Shown here: positions 1 to 8,976 of the stretch, one piece after another
How the letters are laid out: every line of letters begins with the position of its first letter
How positions within the stretch are numbered: position 1 is the first letter of the stretch
Origin: Anaerolineales bacterium
GTDB taxonomy: Bacteria; Chloroflexota; Anaerolineae; Anaerolineales; E44-bin32
Reading direction: 5' to 3'
DNA: 38,607 nt
NCBI GenBank assembly: GCA_023250385.1
Contig: JAHFAU010000002.1
Coordinates: 1 to 38,607, forward strand
Position numbers and translations under genes: made by a program
Notes under the pieces: generated by a model
What the model was told of the DNA's origin: nothing
Seen by the model: the letters and a program-made list of their open reading frames with translations, nothing else
The model's database searches: none

Positions 1-10
1 GGCTGGGACA

Positions 11-1414
11 ATGCGCGGCCGGACCCCAGCCGAGGTCACCTTGCGAGCCTGGGCGGCCTATGCCGGCGATATTCGGGGGCAACGGTCCGTGGACGATCTC
101 GAATCGTATGCGGCCAGAATGCTGTCACCCGAGGAGCGGCAGGCCGCCTCCGCGGCCGCGCTCGCCTGGCTCCGATCGGAACAGGCAGGGATCCTGGAAC
201 GCGACATGCCGCGCGGAGTGCCGGTAGCCGACCTGGTGGAAGCTGGGCTGTTGGTGCGCCGCGAAGGGGGCCGGGTAGGCTTCTTCCAGCCCGCGGTCGG
301 TGCGTATTTTGCTGCGCTCGCGATGGCGCGGGGAGAGGCGCCTGAATCGATCGAACGGGCCAGCTGGCAGCCTGCGGAAAAGGCGATGCACTACCTGGCG
401 GTCCTCGGAGACATTGAAGCGGTGGTCCAGCGGGCACTGCACACGGCCAGCGACCCGCTCGATGCCAAGCTGCTTGGCTGCGCACGCTGGCTCCCGGACA
501 CCTCCAACAAAGCAGAGTGGCGCGGCAAAGTGCTGCGCGAGATCGCACAATTCGTGCAGGATGCGGTCAAGCCTTACGGCCTGCGGCTGCGGGGCATCCA
601 TGTGCTGGCCCGGGCTGCCGAGCCCTCGGTCGGGATTCTCTTCAATCGGATGTTGAAATCCCCTTCCCCCTCGAGCCGGGTGCTGGGCGCGCTTGGGCTT
701 GGCGGTCTCAATGACGAAGGCTCGGTCGACAAGTTGGTGGCGGCAGCCCAGAACGATACGGAGCAGCTGGTCAGACAGGCGGCCTGCTTGGCCCTCGGCG
801 CTATCGGGACCGACTCCGCTATGGAGGGTCTTGGGCAGGCCTTGTTAGGTGGCGACGAACAGCTTCGGTTGGCGGCGGCCGAGGCGTTGGCAGTCCACCC
901 GGACGAGGGGTTCGGGATGTTGAGGGAAGCCGCCGAGCATCAAGAAATGATGACCCGCCGCGCGGCAGTCTTTGGGCTCTCTCGGACACCGACCGACTGG
1001 GCCTTGGAAGTGCTTCAAAAAGTGAAGACAGACGACCAGGAATGGATCGTTCGGGGTGCGGCCGCCGAAGCGCTCGACCGTCGCACCAAGCCGCCCTGGA
1101 AGGTCCATCGGCCGCCGGGAGACCCAGCGGAACTCCCGTGGCTGGTTGCGTTTGCCGCGAAGCAGGGCATGGGGGTTGGCCCGGGCAAGGCGGCTGTGGA
1201 TATGCTGCGCCGGGCCCTCGCGAGCGGCACTTTGGACGAACGAATTGCCGCGCTCGAAGCCCTCAGTTGGGGGACCGGGGAGCAGGTTGTGCTCGAGCTG
1301 TACAAGACCCTGGCTTCAGGAGATGAACAACTGCGCGACGCGGCCTTTGAATCGCTTTGGCGCCTGGCAGCTACCGGGGCGGCTCTGCCTGACCCAATGA
1401 AGTTTGGCTTCTAG
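11..1414 (+). CDS. HEAT-repeat protein (possibly the C-terminal part of a STAND/NACHT-type NTPase; may be 5'-truncated by the window edge)
   Basis: ATG at 11, but the frame stays open back to base 2, so the true start may lie outside the window. It has repeated helical HEAT/PBS-lyase-like units ([62 protein letters not shown]). The N-terminal stretch LVEAGLLVRREGGRVGFFQPAVGAYFAALA resembles the winged-helix end of STAND NTPases. Confidence 0.7.
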   Translation: MRGRTPAEVTLRAWAAYAGDIRGQRSVDDLESYAARMLSPEERQAASAAALAWLRSEQAGILERDMPRGVPVADLVEAGLLVRREGGRVGFFQPAVGAYFAALAMARGEAPESIERASWQPAEKAMHYLAVLGDIEAVVQRALHTASDPLDAKLLGCARWLPDTSNKAEWRGKVLREIAQFVQDAVKPYGLRLRGIHVLARAAEPSVGILFNRMLKSPSPSSRVLGALGLGGLNDEGSVDKLVAAAQNDTEQLVRQAACLALGAIGTDSAMEGLGQALLGGDEQLRLAAAEALAVHPDEGFGMLREAAEHQEMMTRRAAVFGLSRTPTDWALEVLQKVKTDDQEWIVRGAAAEALDRRTKPPWKVHRPPGDPAELPWLVAFAAKQGMGVGPGKAAVDMLRRALASGTLDERIAALEALSWGTGEQVVLELYKTLASGDEQLRDAAFESLWRLAATGAALPDPMKFGF

Positions 1415-1417
1415 CGG

Positions 1418-1726
1418 CTAGGCGTCCAGCCAGCCCTGGATCCGGTTTTCGACCTCTTCGGCAGACATCGCCTCAACCGCCACAATCTTGTCGAGGCCGG
1501 TCTCACCGGCGACTATTTCGATCCGATTGGCCCGCACCCCCAAGACCTTGGCCAAGAAGGCGATCAAAGCTCGATTGGCCTTGCCTCCGACCGGCGGCTC
1601 TTGGATCCGAATGCGTAGGGTCCCATCTTCCATGATCCCGGCAAACTCGCTTTTGCGAGCTCGGGGGGTAACCCGAACCGTGATCGCCGCCCCCAGCTTT
1701 CCATTGTGGAGTTTGAATTTTCTCAT
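1418..1726 (-). CDS. yggU: DUF167 / YggU-family protein
   Basis: I trimmed the 174-aa track ORF to the internal ATG at 1726..1724 (MRKFKLHNGKLGAAITVRVTPRARKSEF...GGKANRALIAFLAKVLGVRANRIEIVAGETG). This is the typical DUF167 pattern (V.V.P.A..., GKAN..L..FLA..LGV....I.I..G). The start overlaps the yggT stop. Confidence 0.8.
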   Translation of the reverse strand: MRKFKLHNGKLGAAITVRVTPRARKSEFAGIMEDGTLRIRIQEPPVGGKANRALIAFLAKVLGVRANRIEIVAGETGLDKIVAVEAMSAEEVENRIQGWLDA

Positions 1727-1986
1727 CAGCTGAGGCCCACCAGCACCCCGACCAGCAGCCTGCGGACCAGATCGAGGGCGATGAGTAGAACGAGTGGACT
1801 TAGGTCGAGTCCCCCGACCGGCGGGACAAGTCTCCGAATTGGATTGAGCAGGGGCTGTACTACACTGTCCAGAAAGCGGCGAACCTCGTGATACGGGCTC
1901 ATCACCCAGCTCACCAAGACGTCGGCGAGCACAACCAACCATAGCAGCGTGAAAACCACGCCGACGAGCTCAATGATCGCTCCCAT
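1726..1986 (-). CDS. yggT: YggT-family membrane protein
   Basis: 86-aa protein with two hydrophobic helices and the YggT-like core VLVSWV...P...FL..VV.PLLNPIRRLVPPVGGLDLSPLV. It sits between yggS and yggU, as in division/cell-wall clusters. Confidence 0.8.
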   Translation of the reverse strand: MGAIIELVGVVFTLLWLVVLADVLVSWVMSPYHEVRRFLDSVVQPLLNPIRRLVPPVGGLDLSPLVLLIALDLVRRLLVGVLVGLS

Positions 1987-2052
1987 CTAGCCGCCGCATC
2001 GGATTATCCCATAGATTCCCCTGCGGCTCCCGGGAACCCTTTCCTACCCCGC

Positions 2053-2811
2053 TCAAATGGTCGGCCGCGGTCCAAAGATCGCCCTTCCAAGCCGTAGAAT
2101 CGTCGCCCCTTCTTGGACCGCGATCCGAAAGTCATCGCTCATTCCCATCGAGAGTTCCGGCCAGGCTTTGGAGGTCTGTTGCTGCAGGTAATCCCGCAGC
2201 TCTCGCAATCTGCGAAAAATGGGGCGGACCGATTCAGGATCTTCCGTCCAGGGGGCCATCGTCATCAGGCCCCGCACTTCCAGATGTTGGAGGTTGGCCA
2301 GCTGCTCAAACTCGGCCGCCGCTTGGGACCAGGCCGACCGGTCCGCCAGTGGCCAGCCCCATTTGCTGCTCTCGCCGGAGACATTGCATTCCAAGAGAAC
2401 TTGCAGGTCATGTCCCCGCGATCCGACCTCGCGATCGAGTAGCTCGGCGAGCTTCAGGCCGTCGACCGAGTGCACGACAGAAAAGCTTGAGGCCACCCGC
2501 CGGGCCTTGCGACTCTGGATATGTCCGACCATGTGCCATTCAAGATTGGTCAGATCCGTCAGGGCTAGCTGCTTGGGGCCGGCTTCCTCTACCCGATTCT
2601 CACCGATCAGCCACAACCCGGCCGCGTGGGCCGCCCGAATGAATTCGACGGGTTGGGATTTCGTCACGGCGACGATCCGGATCCCACTCGGATCCCGGCT
2701 GGCTTGCGTGGCAGCCGAATCGATCCGCCCCCGAACGTGCTGCAGGTTGGTTAGGACCAGGCTCTCAAGCGCTGAGGGCAAGCACGGCTCCAAATCGGCC
2801 CGTCTGACCAC
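2053..2811 (-). CDS. yggS: YggS-family pyridoxal-phosphate homeostasis protein
   Basis: Motifs: IVAVTKSQP (PLP lysine), LIGENRVEE, HMVGHIQSRKA, LSMGMSDDFRIAVQEGATILRLGRAIFG. The long track ORF (to 3003) runs antisense-overlapping into pgeF. I placed the start at the in-frame GTG at 2811..2809, but this start is uncertain. Confidence 0.8.
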   Translation of the reverse strand: MVRRADLEPCLPSALESLVLTNLQHVRGRIDSAATQASRDPSGIRIVAVTKSQPVEFIRAAHAAGLWLIGENRVEEAGPKQLALTDLTNLEWHMVGHIQSRKARRVASSFSVVHSVDGLKLAELLDREVGSRGHDLQVLLECNVSGESSKWGWPLADRSAWSQAAAEFEQLANLQHLEVRGLMTMAPWTEDPESVRPIFRRLRELRDYLQQQTSKAWPELSMGMSDDFRIAVQEGATILRLGRAIFGPRPTI

Positions 2812-3547
2812 GCTCGCCGCGATGGGAGTACCAATCTTCAAGATTGCAGGCGGTGCAAATCCCGGCGACTTCGACCGAGCCGATCCCGGTAGATTCGAGC
2901 TGCCAGCGATTCGCAGACCACAAGTCGAACGCGACCTGGCCGTCTCGTGGGAGCAGAAGCTGCCCCGCATAGGAGCCGAAGGCCGCTTCCACCTGTGCGG
3001 CAACTTCGGGGCCGACCGGATAATGGTCGGGGCCGATGGATGGGCCCAGCCCAGCGATCAGGTCCTCGGGCCTGGAGCCGAATTCTCGAATCATGGTCCT
3101 CACCAGCTCGAGCGAAACCCCCCGGACCGTTCCCAGCCATCCGGCGTGGGCAACTCCTATCGCGACCCTCACCGGGTCGAAAATTAGGATCGGCACACAG
3201 TCGGCGAACCGCATTAGCAGGGTCAGGCCCGGCTGGGCGGTGACCATTCCATCGGCCTTGACCGGGTCGCCGGCCCGCTGGGGAGAATCCGCTCGAACGA
3301 CTTCGGCCGAATGAATTTGCCAGACCTGGGAGAGCGAGGCGGTTGACAAGTCTACTGCTCCCATAGCCCGGCTCAGATTGGCGCGGACCCGCTCGGCCTG
3401 GTCGCCGACCGTCCCGCCTAAATTGAGGGACGCCCAAGGGTGAGGGCTGTTGCCGCCTCGCCGAGTGAGGATCGCGTGGCGTAGGGCTGGATGCTGAAGA
3501 GTTTCGAATTTGAAGAATCGGACGCCGGCCGATTCGTGGAATGGCAC
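2765..3547 (-). CDS. pgeF: Laccase-domain protein PgeF/YfiH (DUF152, peptidoglycan editing factor family)
   Basis: 260 aa with a GTG start. Motifs: HSAEVV, DG(M)VT, LLMRFADCVPILIFDP, AHAGWLGTVRGV, C-terminal CT....YSHRGE...GRF. It lies immediately upstream of yggS. Confidence 0.85.
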   Translation of the reverse strand: MPFHESAGVRFFKFETLQHPALRHAILTRRGGNSPHPWASLNLGGTVGDQAERVRANLSRAMGAVDLSTASLSQVWQIHSAEVVRADSPQRAGDPVKADGMVTAQPGLTLLMRFADCVPILIFDPVRVAIGVAHAGWLGTVRGVSLELVRTMIREFGSRPEDLIAGLGPSIGPDHYPVGPEVAAQVEAAFGSYAGQLLLPRDGQVAFDLWSANRWQLESTGIGSVEVAGICTACNLEDWYSHRGERGQTGRFGAVLALSA

Positions 3548-3553
3548 CTGGCT

Positions 3554-3562
3554 AGTCTACCA
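3554..3562 (-). promoter_or_regulatory. Candidate extended -10 promoter (TGgTAGACT) for the pgeF operon, implying a leaderless or near-leaderless mRNA
   Basis: The minus strand reads ...ccgggTGGTAGACTagccagGTG. The -10 element ends 6 nt before the pgeF GTG start. There is no convincing -35. Confidence 0.3.
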
Positions 3563-3680
3563 CCCGGTCTCGGGGAGTCGGCTCGGTCGAGTGCTTGCCG
3601 GTTGGGCCGTCAGCGAGCTTGGCGCGCCTCGGCGGCCAAGTAGGCAGCCAAGTCGGCGGACAGGTAGAGGATGACCTGGA

Positions 3681-4283
3681 TCACGGGGTCAACCCGGCTT
3701 GCTTTAAGTAATCGTCGAGCTGGCTCTTGGCCAAGATCCCGATGTGATAGGCCACAATCCGGCCCTGACGGTCCAGGATCACACTGGTGGGGTAGCCGAC
3801 CACCCGATACAGCCGCTGGACCTCGCCGCCCGGATCGAGCAGCAGGGGGAAGCCGATTTGAAGCTCGTTGCCGAATTCGGTCACCAGCTCCGCCGGTTCG
3901 TCGAAATTCACCCCCAAGGCGACGAACCCCTGGCCGCCCAGTTTTTCGTAGGTCTGCTGGATGAGTGGCATTTCGCTTCGGCAAGGGAGGCACCAGGTGG
4001 CCCAGAAATTGAGCAGCACAACCTGGCCACGATAGTCTTCCAACCGAGCGGACCCGCCGTCCGACCGCATCAACTCAAAACCCGGGGCCGGGCTGCCCGT
4101 CAGCAGCCCAGGCTCGTTAACCGGTGCGGCTTGGAGCTCAACCTCAGGTTGGGGTTTAACGGCCCGAGCCGGGACTCCGAAAAAGATGACGGCTCCCAAC
4201 CCGAGCCCCAGCACGATCCCGGCGGCCGTGGGCACCCAGGCGCGCAGTTCTTTCCGGGGGGAATTGATTTCGGTGGTGCCCAT
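3681..4283 (-). CDS. Membrane-anchored TlpA/ResA-like thiol:disulfide oxidoreductase (thioredoxin fold)
   Basis: VVLLNFWATWCLPCRSEMP carries the WCxxC active site. An N-terminal TM helix (AAGIVLGLGLGAVIFFGV) and the redoxin/AhpC-TSA-like core (FVALGVNFD..., GYPTSVILDRQGRIV) are present. I placed the start at ATG 4283; the alternative TTG at 4352 would overlap the upstream gene by 14 nt. Confidence 0.8.
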   Translation of the reverse strand: MGTTEINSPRKELRAWVPTAAGIVLGLGLGAVIFFGVPARAVKPQPEVELQAAPVNEPGLLTGSPAPGFELMRSDGGSARLEDYRGQVVLLNFWATWCLPCRSEMPLIQQTYEKLGGQGFVALGVNFDEPAELVTEFGNELQIGFPLLLDPGGEVQRLYRVVGYPTSVILDRQGRIVAYHIGILAKSQLDDYLKQAGLTP

Positions 4284-4338
4284 GATCGACTTGATCGGTG
4301 GAGCGCTTACGCTCCTCGCACGCGGCGCAGACGGCCCC

Positions 4339-5364
4339 TCAAAATTCGACAATCACCCGGGTCCCGGGATTCGGCCATTGGACCGTGAGGTCGCCCGGCC
4401 GATAGGCCACAATCGGATCGGTCCAACGGAACAGCCACTTGGCGTCCTCCGGTCTCAGATTGATGCAGCCGCGGGATCGAGGAGCCCCGAAGTCTCCGTG
4501 CCAGTAGGTGGAGTGCAGGGCCGCGCCGCTGCCGTGAAAGAGCACCGTCCAGCCGACCCCGGGGAGGTCGTAGCCGCTGACTGCGTCGCCACCCGACATG
4601 TGTCGGGAGACCATCTTGCGCCAGGTCCACATCTGACCGATTGGGGTATTCGAGGTGAACTGGCCATTTTCGGGATAGAAGGAAAATCCAGATGAGATCC
4701 GGGCGAAATAGACTTCCACGCCGGACTCGAAGGCCGAGAGTTCCTGGCGAGTAATGTTTACGACCACCTGCTTGTCCTCGGCGTCGGGAGAGAGCGGAGC
4801 GATCTCCTCGGCCGCGATCGGCCGGAAAGCCTCTCCCGGGGCGTGGAGGACGACCCCGTTCTCATCGTGCACTCGATACCAGACCGCACCATCCGAACCT
4901 GTGACCCGCGCATCGACATTCAGGACCATGTCAAAGTACAGCCGATAACGCAGAGCCGAACTCGGGTCGGGCTGGCGCCGGCCATCTACAAAAGGCACGG
5001 TCACTTCGGTCCACAGGCCCTCGCCCGGCACCTGAGGCAGGATGGGATTGAGTTGATTCCGAACCCGCTGGGCATAGGAGGACCACAGATACCCCTCCGG
5101 CGTCTCGTACCAGACGTGGTTGTGCGGAAAGACCCCGCGCCCAATGATTTCCCGTTGGACCGCCATGACCTCGTCGAATACTTTCGATCCGACGATTGGG
5201 CTTTCGGGCCGGGGGCGGGAGTGAAGCGACGCCATTGGTTCGGTGATGCGAGCCAGCTCGGCCGCGTCAGAAAGGGGGATCAGCCGAGGTCGGTCGGCTA
5301 GGGCGAGGCCGGACAGAGAAATTCCGGCGAGCCGGATGAACTCTCTTCTGGAAATCTGGCTCAT
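4339..5364 (-). CDS. L,D-transpeptidase (YkuD domain) with twin-arginine signal peptide
   Basis: The N-terminus MSQISRREFIRLAGISLSGLALA is a Tat motif. The C-terminal YkuD catalytic region reads LFHGSGAALHSTYWHGDFGAPRSRGCINLRPEDAKWLFRW, matching the H-G...S/R-x-G-C-[IV]-[RN] signature. Confidence 0.8.
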   Translation of the reverse strand: MSQISRREFIRLAGISLSGLALADRPRLIPLSDAAELARITEPMASLHSRPRPESPIVGSKVFDEVMAVQREIIGRGVFPHNHVWYETPEGYLWSSYAQRVRNQLNPILPQVPGEGLWTEVTVPFVDGRRQPDPSSALRYRLYFDMVLNVDARVTGSDGAVWYRVHDENGVVLHAPGEAFRPIAAEEIAPLSPDAEDKQVVVNITRQELSAFESGVEVYFARISSGFSFYPENGQFTSNTPIGQMWTWRKMVSRHMSGGDAVSGYDLPGVGWTVLFHGSGAALHSTYWHGDFGAPRSRGCINLRPEDAKWLFRWTDPIVAYRPGDLTVQWPNPGTRVIVEF

Positions 5365-5422
5365 GGGGCGCGATAGGCTAATTGATCGCAGTGACCCGGA
5401 CGAGGGATCCGGATCCAGAGGG

Positions 5423-7852
5423 TCAGATCCGCATCCGGCGGAGCCGCAGACTGTTGGTGACGACCGCGATCGAGCTGGACGCCATCGCGGCGGCGGCCAA
5501 CATGGGACTCAGCCGCCCAAAGGCTGCCAGCGGGATCAAAAGCGTATTGTAGAAGAAGGCCCAAAACAGGTTTTGCCTGATCACTCGCAGGGTAACCCGC
5601 GAGAGGCGGATCGCCCGAGGCAATACTCGGAGATCACCGCTCATGAGAGTCACCGGCGCGGCGGCTTTCGCCACGTCGGTCCCACTGCCGATCGCAATCC
5701 CAACCCTTGCCTCGGCTAGCGCCGGCGCGTCGTTGATCCCGTCGCCAACCATTGCAACCTGGGTCCCATTCGCTTGCAGCCGCCTGACCTGCTCGGCTTT
5801 CTCCGCCGGGAGGATCTCAGCGAGTATATCAGCCGTGTCGAGCAGCCCAACCTGTCGTGCGATCGCAACTGCTGTCTGTCGATTGTCGCCGCTCATCAAG
5901 ATGACCCGCAACCCCATCTGCTTCAGTTCCTGCACGGCCTGCTGCGAGCCCTCTTTCAATTGGTCCGCGACGCTCAGAACTCCGCTGAGCCTGCCATCTA
6001 ACGCAATGGCAACCACTGTCTCGGCCCCAGCCTCGAGCGCGGCGATTCGCTCCGCAAATCCATCTAGTGCGACACCCTGTTCCCGAAGCAGCTTGGCGTT
6101 GCCCACCAGCACCCGCTGCGCACCGATCTGGGCCAGCACTCCTCCCCCCGGCAAGGCTTCGAACCGGTCCGCCGGCCGCGGCTGCAATCCGCGTGCTTGA
6201 GCTTCCGCGACGATCGCCTCACCGATTGGGTGCTCCGAGCCCATCTCGGCGCTTGCGGCTATGCGCAGCAGCTCCGCACTCTCGAGGCCCGTCCCATTGG
6301 ACAGGATCTTAGTAACAGTGGGCTGCCCGCGGGTGATGGTCCCGGTCTTGTCGAGCGCGACCGTCGACACCCGACCGGTCCGCTCCAGCGCGTCGCTCGA
6401 CCGGAACAGGATCCCCATCCGGGCGCCTTTGCCGAGTCCAACTGTGACTGCCGTCGGAGTCGCCAACCCCATCGCACACGGGCAGGCGATGACAAGGACC
6501 GCAACCATGTTGATCAGGGCCCGCGTGAATTGTGGCGTTGCGAGACTGGGCGGCGCGAGGAAGTACCAGGCGAGGAACGTGAGAGCGGCGACCGGCAACA
6601 CGGCCGGCACAAAGACGGAAGACACCTGGTCCGCCAGGTGCTGGATCGGGGCCTTGCTGGCCTGCGCCTCTTGCACCAGGCGAATGATCTGAGCCAGCGC
6701 CGTATCCCGGCCGACTTTGGTGGCCTCGAATTTGAGCAACCCCAGCCGGTTCAAGGTCGCGGCGAACACGGCCTCCCCGGCCCGCTTGGTGACCGGGATC
6801 GATTCACCGGTCAGCATTGATTCGTCGATTGACGACCGGCCCTCAACTACGACGCCATCGACCGGCAGCTGTTCCCCCGGGCGAACAATCACCAGGTCTC
6901 CAACGAGCACCTCGTCCACCGGAACCTCGATCTCCTGGCCGGCGCGCTCGAGGCGAGCCAGCTTTGGCTTGAGGTCCAGCAGGGCCCGAATCGCCTCGCT
7001 GGTTTGAGCTTTAGCCCGGGCCTCCAGGTAGCGACCGAGCACGATCAAGGTAATGATCACCGCGGCGGTCTCGAAGAACGGTTGCCCCTCGACTTTTCCA
7101 AGCACCACCGCGACCGAGTATGCGTAGGCCGCAAGCGCACCCATCGCGACATGCACGTCCATATTGGCCCTCCGATTGCGGAGCGCCTTGTAACTGCCCT
7201 CCAGGAATTGCCAACCTACATGAAAGACCACGGGGGTGGTCAACCCCAATAGAGTCCAGCCAAACCACGGGGCGGCCGCGATCGCAGCCGGGATCAAGCC
7301 GAGATCGGCGAGCATCGCCATCCCAAAGACAGGCACGGTGAGGATCAGCCCGCGGACGAATAGCGTCCGCTGGCGGCGCACTGCCCTCGCCCGGGCTTCC
7401 CCCTCCGGATCCTCGACGGCCTCTTCGACCTCGAGGGTTCGAAAGCCGGCCTGCCGGATCGCTTCCCGGATCTCGCGTTGCGAGACGGCGGTCGGAATGT
7501 ACTCAAGCAGCGCTCGCTCGGAGGCCAGGTTGACCGCGGCCGAGACGATCCCGGGCAGAGCCGCGAGTCGTTCCTGCAGCCGTTGGGCCTCGGGCCCATC
7601 ATTCAGTCGTTCAAGCGCCACCTCGGCGTGGGCGATGGCAATGTCATAACCCACCTTGCGGATCTGGTCGATGATCTTGGACTGTTCAGAACGCGCAGGA
7701 TCGAATCTGAGGAAGGCCCGCTCACTAGCCAGATTTACACTAACCTTCCCCACTCCCTCCATACGCCCCAAGACACGCTCGATGGTTACCGCACAATTGG
7801 CGCAGTGCATGCCCGTCACGGGCAGAGTCAGCTCGACGGTTTGGTCGGTCAC
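5423..7852 (-). CDS. copA: Copper-translocating P1B-type ATPase
   Basis: The N-terminal HMA domain has GMHCANC. A second HMA-like repeat has lost its CxxC. Other motifs: TM CPC ([11 protein letters not shown]), DKTGTIT phosphorylation site, [10 protein letters not shown], and the Cu(I)-type TM7/8 residues FFYNTL and MASSS. Confidence 0.95.
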   Translation of the reverse strand: MTDQTVELTLPVTGMHCANCAVTIERVLGRMEGVGKVSVNLASERAFLRFDPARSEQSKIIDQIRKVGYDIAIAHAEVALERLNDGPEAQRLQERLAALPGIVSAAVNLASERALLEYIPTAVSQREIREAIRQAGFRTLEVEEAVEDPEGEARARAVRRQRTLFVRGLILTVPVFGMAMLADLGLIPAAIAAAPWFGWTLLGLTTPVVFHVGWQFLEGSYKALRNRRANMDVHVAMGALAAYAYSVAVVLGKVEGQPFFETAAVIITLIVLGRYLEARAKAQTSEAIRALLDLKPKLARLERAGQEIEVPVDEVLVGDLVIVRPGEQLPVDGVVVEGRSSIDESMLTGESIPVTKRAGEAVFAATLNRLGLLKFEATKVGRDTALAQIIRLVQEAQASKAPIQHLADQVSSVFVPAVLPVAALTFLAWYFLAPPSLATPQFTRALINMVAVLVIACPCAMGLATPTAVTVGLGKGARMGILFRSSDALERTGRVSTVALDKTGTITRGQPTVTKILSNGTGLESAELLRIAASAEMGSEHPIGEAIVAEAQARGLQPRPADRFEALPGGGVLAQIGAQRVLVGNAKLLREQGVALDGFAERIAALEAGAETVVAIALDGRLSGVLSVADQLKEGSQQAVQELKQMGLRVILMSGDNRQTAVAIARQVGLLDTADILAEILPAEKAEQVRRLQANGTQVAMVGDGINDAPALAEARVGIAIGSGTDVAKAAAPVTLMSGDLRVLPRAIRLSRVTLRVIRQNLFWAFFYNTLLIPLAAFGRLSPMLAAAAMASSSIAVVTNSLRLRRMRI

Positions 7853-7870
7853 AACCCGGTCTCCTTGTCG

Positions 7871-8131
7871 CTACACTTTCGAGGCCATCTCGTAGACCTC
7901 GGTAATCTCACGGAGCATCTGATCGCGCTTTTCGCCGTCCAACGAGCGCGTCAGGCAGGTCTGCATGTGATCGTCCAGGACGCTGACGCTAATCTTGGTG
8001 AGCGCCGCCTGCACGGCCTGGATCTGTCGAATCACATCGATGCAGTACGCGTCGCCCTCCAGCATGCGCTGGATCCCCCGCACGTGCCCTTCGACTGTCT
8101 TCATTCGTTTCAAGGTTTCCTGTTTCATCAT
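7871..8131 (-). CDS. csoR: CsoR-family copper-sensing transcriptional repressor
   Basis: MMKQETLKRMKTVEGHVRGIQRMLEGDAYCIDVIRQIQAVQAALTKISVSVLDDHMQTC carries the CsoR/DUF156 pattern with the x-C-H-C Cu(I) ligand set. ATG at 8131 is preceded by GGAAGG 8 nt upstream. It lies 18 nt upstream of copA. Confidence 0.9.
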   Translation of the reverse strand: MMKQETLKRMKTVEGHVRGIQRMLEGDAYCIDVIRQIQAVQAALTKISVSVLDDHMQTCLTRSLDGEKRDQMLREITEVYEMASKV

Positions 8132-8283
8132 CTCACGCCTTCCTACCACTAACCCCGTGCCGATCGGTGCCGCGCCACTCTCGCCCTCGTCCACGCTCTT
8201 GCCGGCCGCGTGGCGGGCTGTGGTCGGCCTCGTGGCACGCCATTCTCCCCTTCGTGCCGCCCCTTTTGCCGACCTATTGGGCG

Positions 8284-8311
8284 ATATCCCCCCCCAGGTG
8301 GGAGGGGTATA
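8284..8311 (-). promoter_or_regulatory. Candidate CsoR operator (G/C-tract pseudo-palindrome at the predicted transcription start)
   Basis: The minus strand reads TATACCCC-TCCCACCT-GGGGGGGG-ATAT, immediately downstream of the -10 box. Known CsoR operators are AT-flanked C-tract/G-tract inverted repeats (ATACCC...GGGTAT type). The right arm here is imperfect (GGGGATAT rather than GGGGTATA). Confidence 0.35.
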
Positions 8312-8316
8312 GGTGG

Positions 8317-8345
8317 AGTATATGCTCAGGGTTCGACCGAGTCAA
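8317..8345 (-). promoter_or_regulatory. Sigma-70-type promoter TTGACT-17 nt-TATACT reading toward csoR-copA
   Basis: The minus strand reads cccTTGACTcggtcgaaccctgagcaTATACTcc (-35 at 8345..8340, -10 at 8322..8317). This is the only near-consensus promoter in the 326-nt non-coding gap upstream of csoR. Confidence 0.55.
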
Positions 8346-8457
8346 GGGCAATTGGGCGTGGCGTGCGGGGTTTTTATCAGACCGGATCCCCCCCACACCG
8401 CGAGTGGAAACTGGGCCCAAGCAGGTGCGCAGAAGGTGGGTTCGGTGGGCGGCAGAC

Positions 8458-8973
8458 TCAGACCGCAGAGGGCGTCGGGGGGAGCTGGTGGCCCTGCTCT
8501 GAACCGGGAGCCCCTCGCAGCAGTGCAAGGGCGTGCGGAAGCGCAGGCAGAATGACTTGTAGGCTCTCCTGAGCAGCTTTCGGATTGCCAGGGAGGTTGA
8601 CGATCAACACTTCCCCCCGAATGCCGGCGACCGCGCGGGAAAGCATCGCATGGGGGGTTTGCTTCAGGCCGCGGGCCCGCATCGCCTCCCCCAGGCCCGG
8701 CGCCAGGCGATTCACGACCGCCAGGGTCGCCTCGGGGGCCACATCCCGCGGCGAGAAACCGGTGCTTCCGGTAGTCAGGATCAGGTCCACCGTTCCGGAG
8801 TCGGCCCACTGCTGCAGTCGTTGGCTGACCAAGGCGGCCTCGTCGGCTACCACCGCAGCCGCGGCCACTTCCCAGCCTTTCGACTCCAACTGCGCAGACA
8901 ACGCCGGCCCCGAACGGTCTTCCCGTTCGCCTCGAGCGGAACGGTCGGAGATGGTCAGCAGCCCGACCCGCAC
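8458..8973 (-). CDS. mog: Molybdopterin adenylyltransferase MogA/MoaB family
   Basis: MRVGLLTISDRSARGEREDRSGPAL...DLILTTGSTGFSPRDVAPEAT...LSRAVAGIRGEVLIVNLPGNPKA contains the MoCF_biosynth domain signatures (TTGGTG-like, PGNP). The start codon is GTG. Confidence 0.85.
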   Translation of the reverse strand: MRVGLLTISDRSARGEREDRSGPALSAQLESKGWEVAAAAVVADEAALVSQRLQQWADSGTVDLILTTGSTGFSPRDVAPEATLAVVNRLAPGLGEAMRARGLKQTPHAMLSRAVAGIRGEVLIVNLPGNPKAAQESLQVILPALPHALALLRGAPGSEQGHQLPPTPSAV

Positions 8974-8976
8974 TGG

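Noticed and set aside
2219-3187. 322-aa plus-strand ORF, plus similar long ORFs at 9370-10479, 10750-11580, 13000-13983, 15567-16304, 19773-20294, 20455-21300 and 29699-30334.
   Set aside because: All lie antisense to, or out of frame with, genes that have clear family motifs. Their translations are Arg/Pro/Ala/Ser/Gly-rich low-complexity strings with no recognisable domains. These are the shadow ORFs expected in about 63% GC DNA.
5405-5416. Tandem palindrome GGATCCGGATCC in the 58-nt gap between copA and the L,D-transpeptidase gene, considered as a terminator or operator.
   Set aside because: The stem is too short and no U-tract follows. It is most simply a chance occurrence in GC-rich DNA. 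There is no second copy in the window.
7436-7446. GGTTCGAAAGC, a tRNA T-loop-like string. A similar GGTTCGACC occurs at 8331.
   Set aside because: No flanking acceptor, D or anticodon stems can be drawn. The first lies inside the copA coding frame. I found no tRNA genes in the window.
8133-8243. 36-codon ORF (MACHEADHSPPRGRQERGRGREWRGTDRHGVSGRKA) in the csoR leader, ending 1 nt before the csoR ATG. The N-terminal Cys/His residues are tempting as a metal-sensing leader peptide.
   Set aside because: The composition is the Arg/Gly-rich pattern of random GC-rich frames. The Shine-Dalgarno spacing is too short (GGGGAGA directly abutting the ATG). I cannot test conservation, so I kept it only as a remark in the csoR finding.
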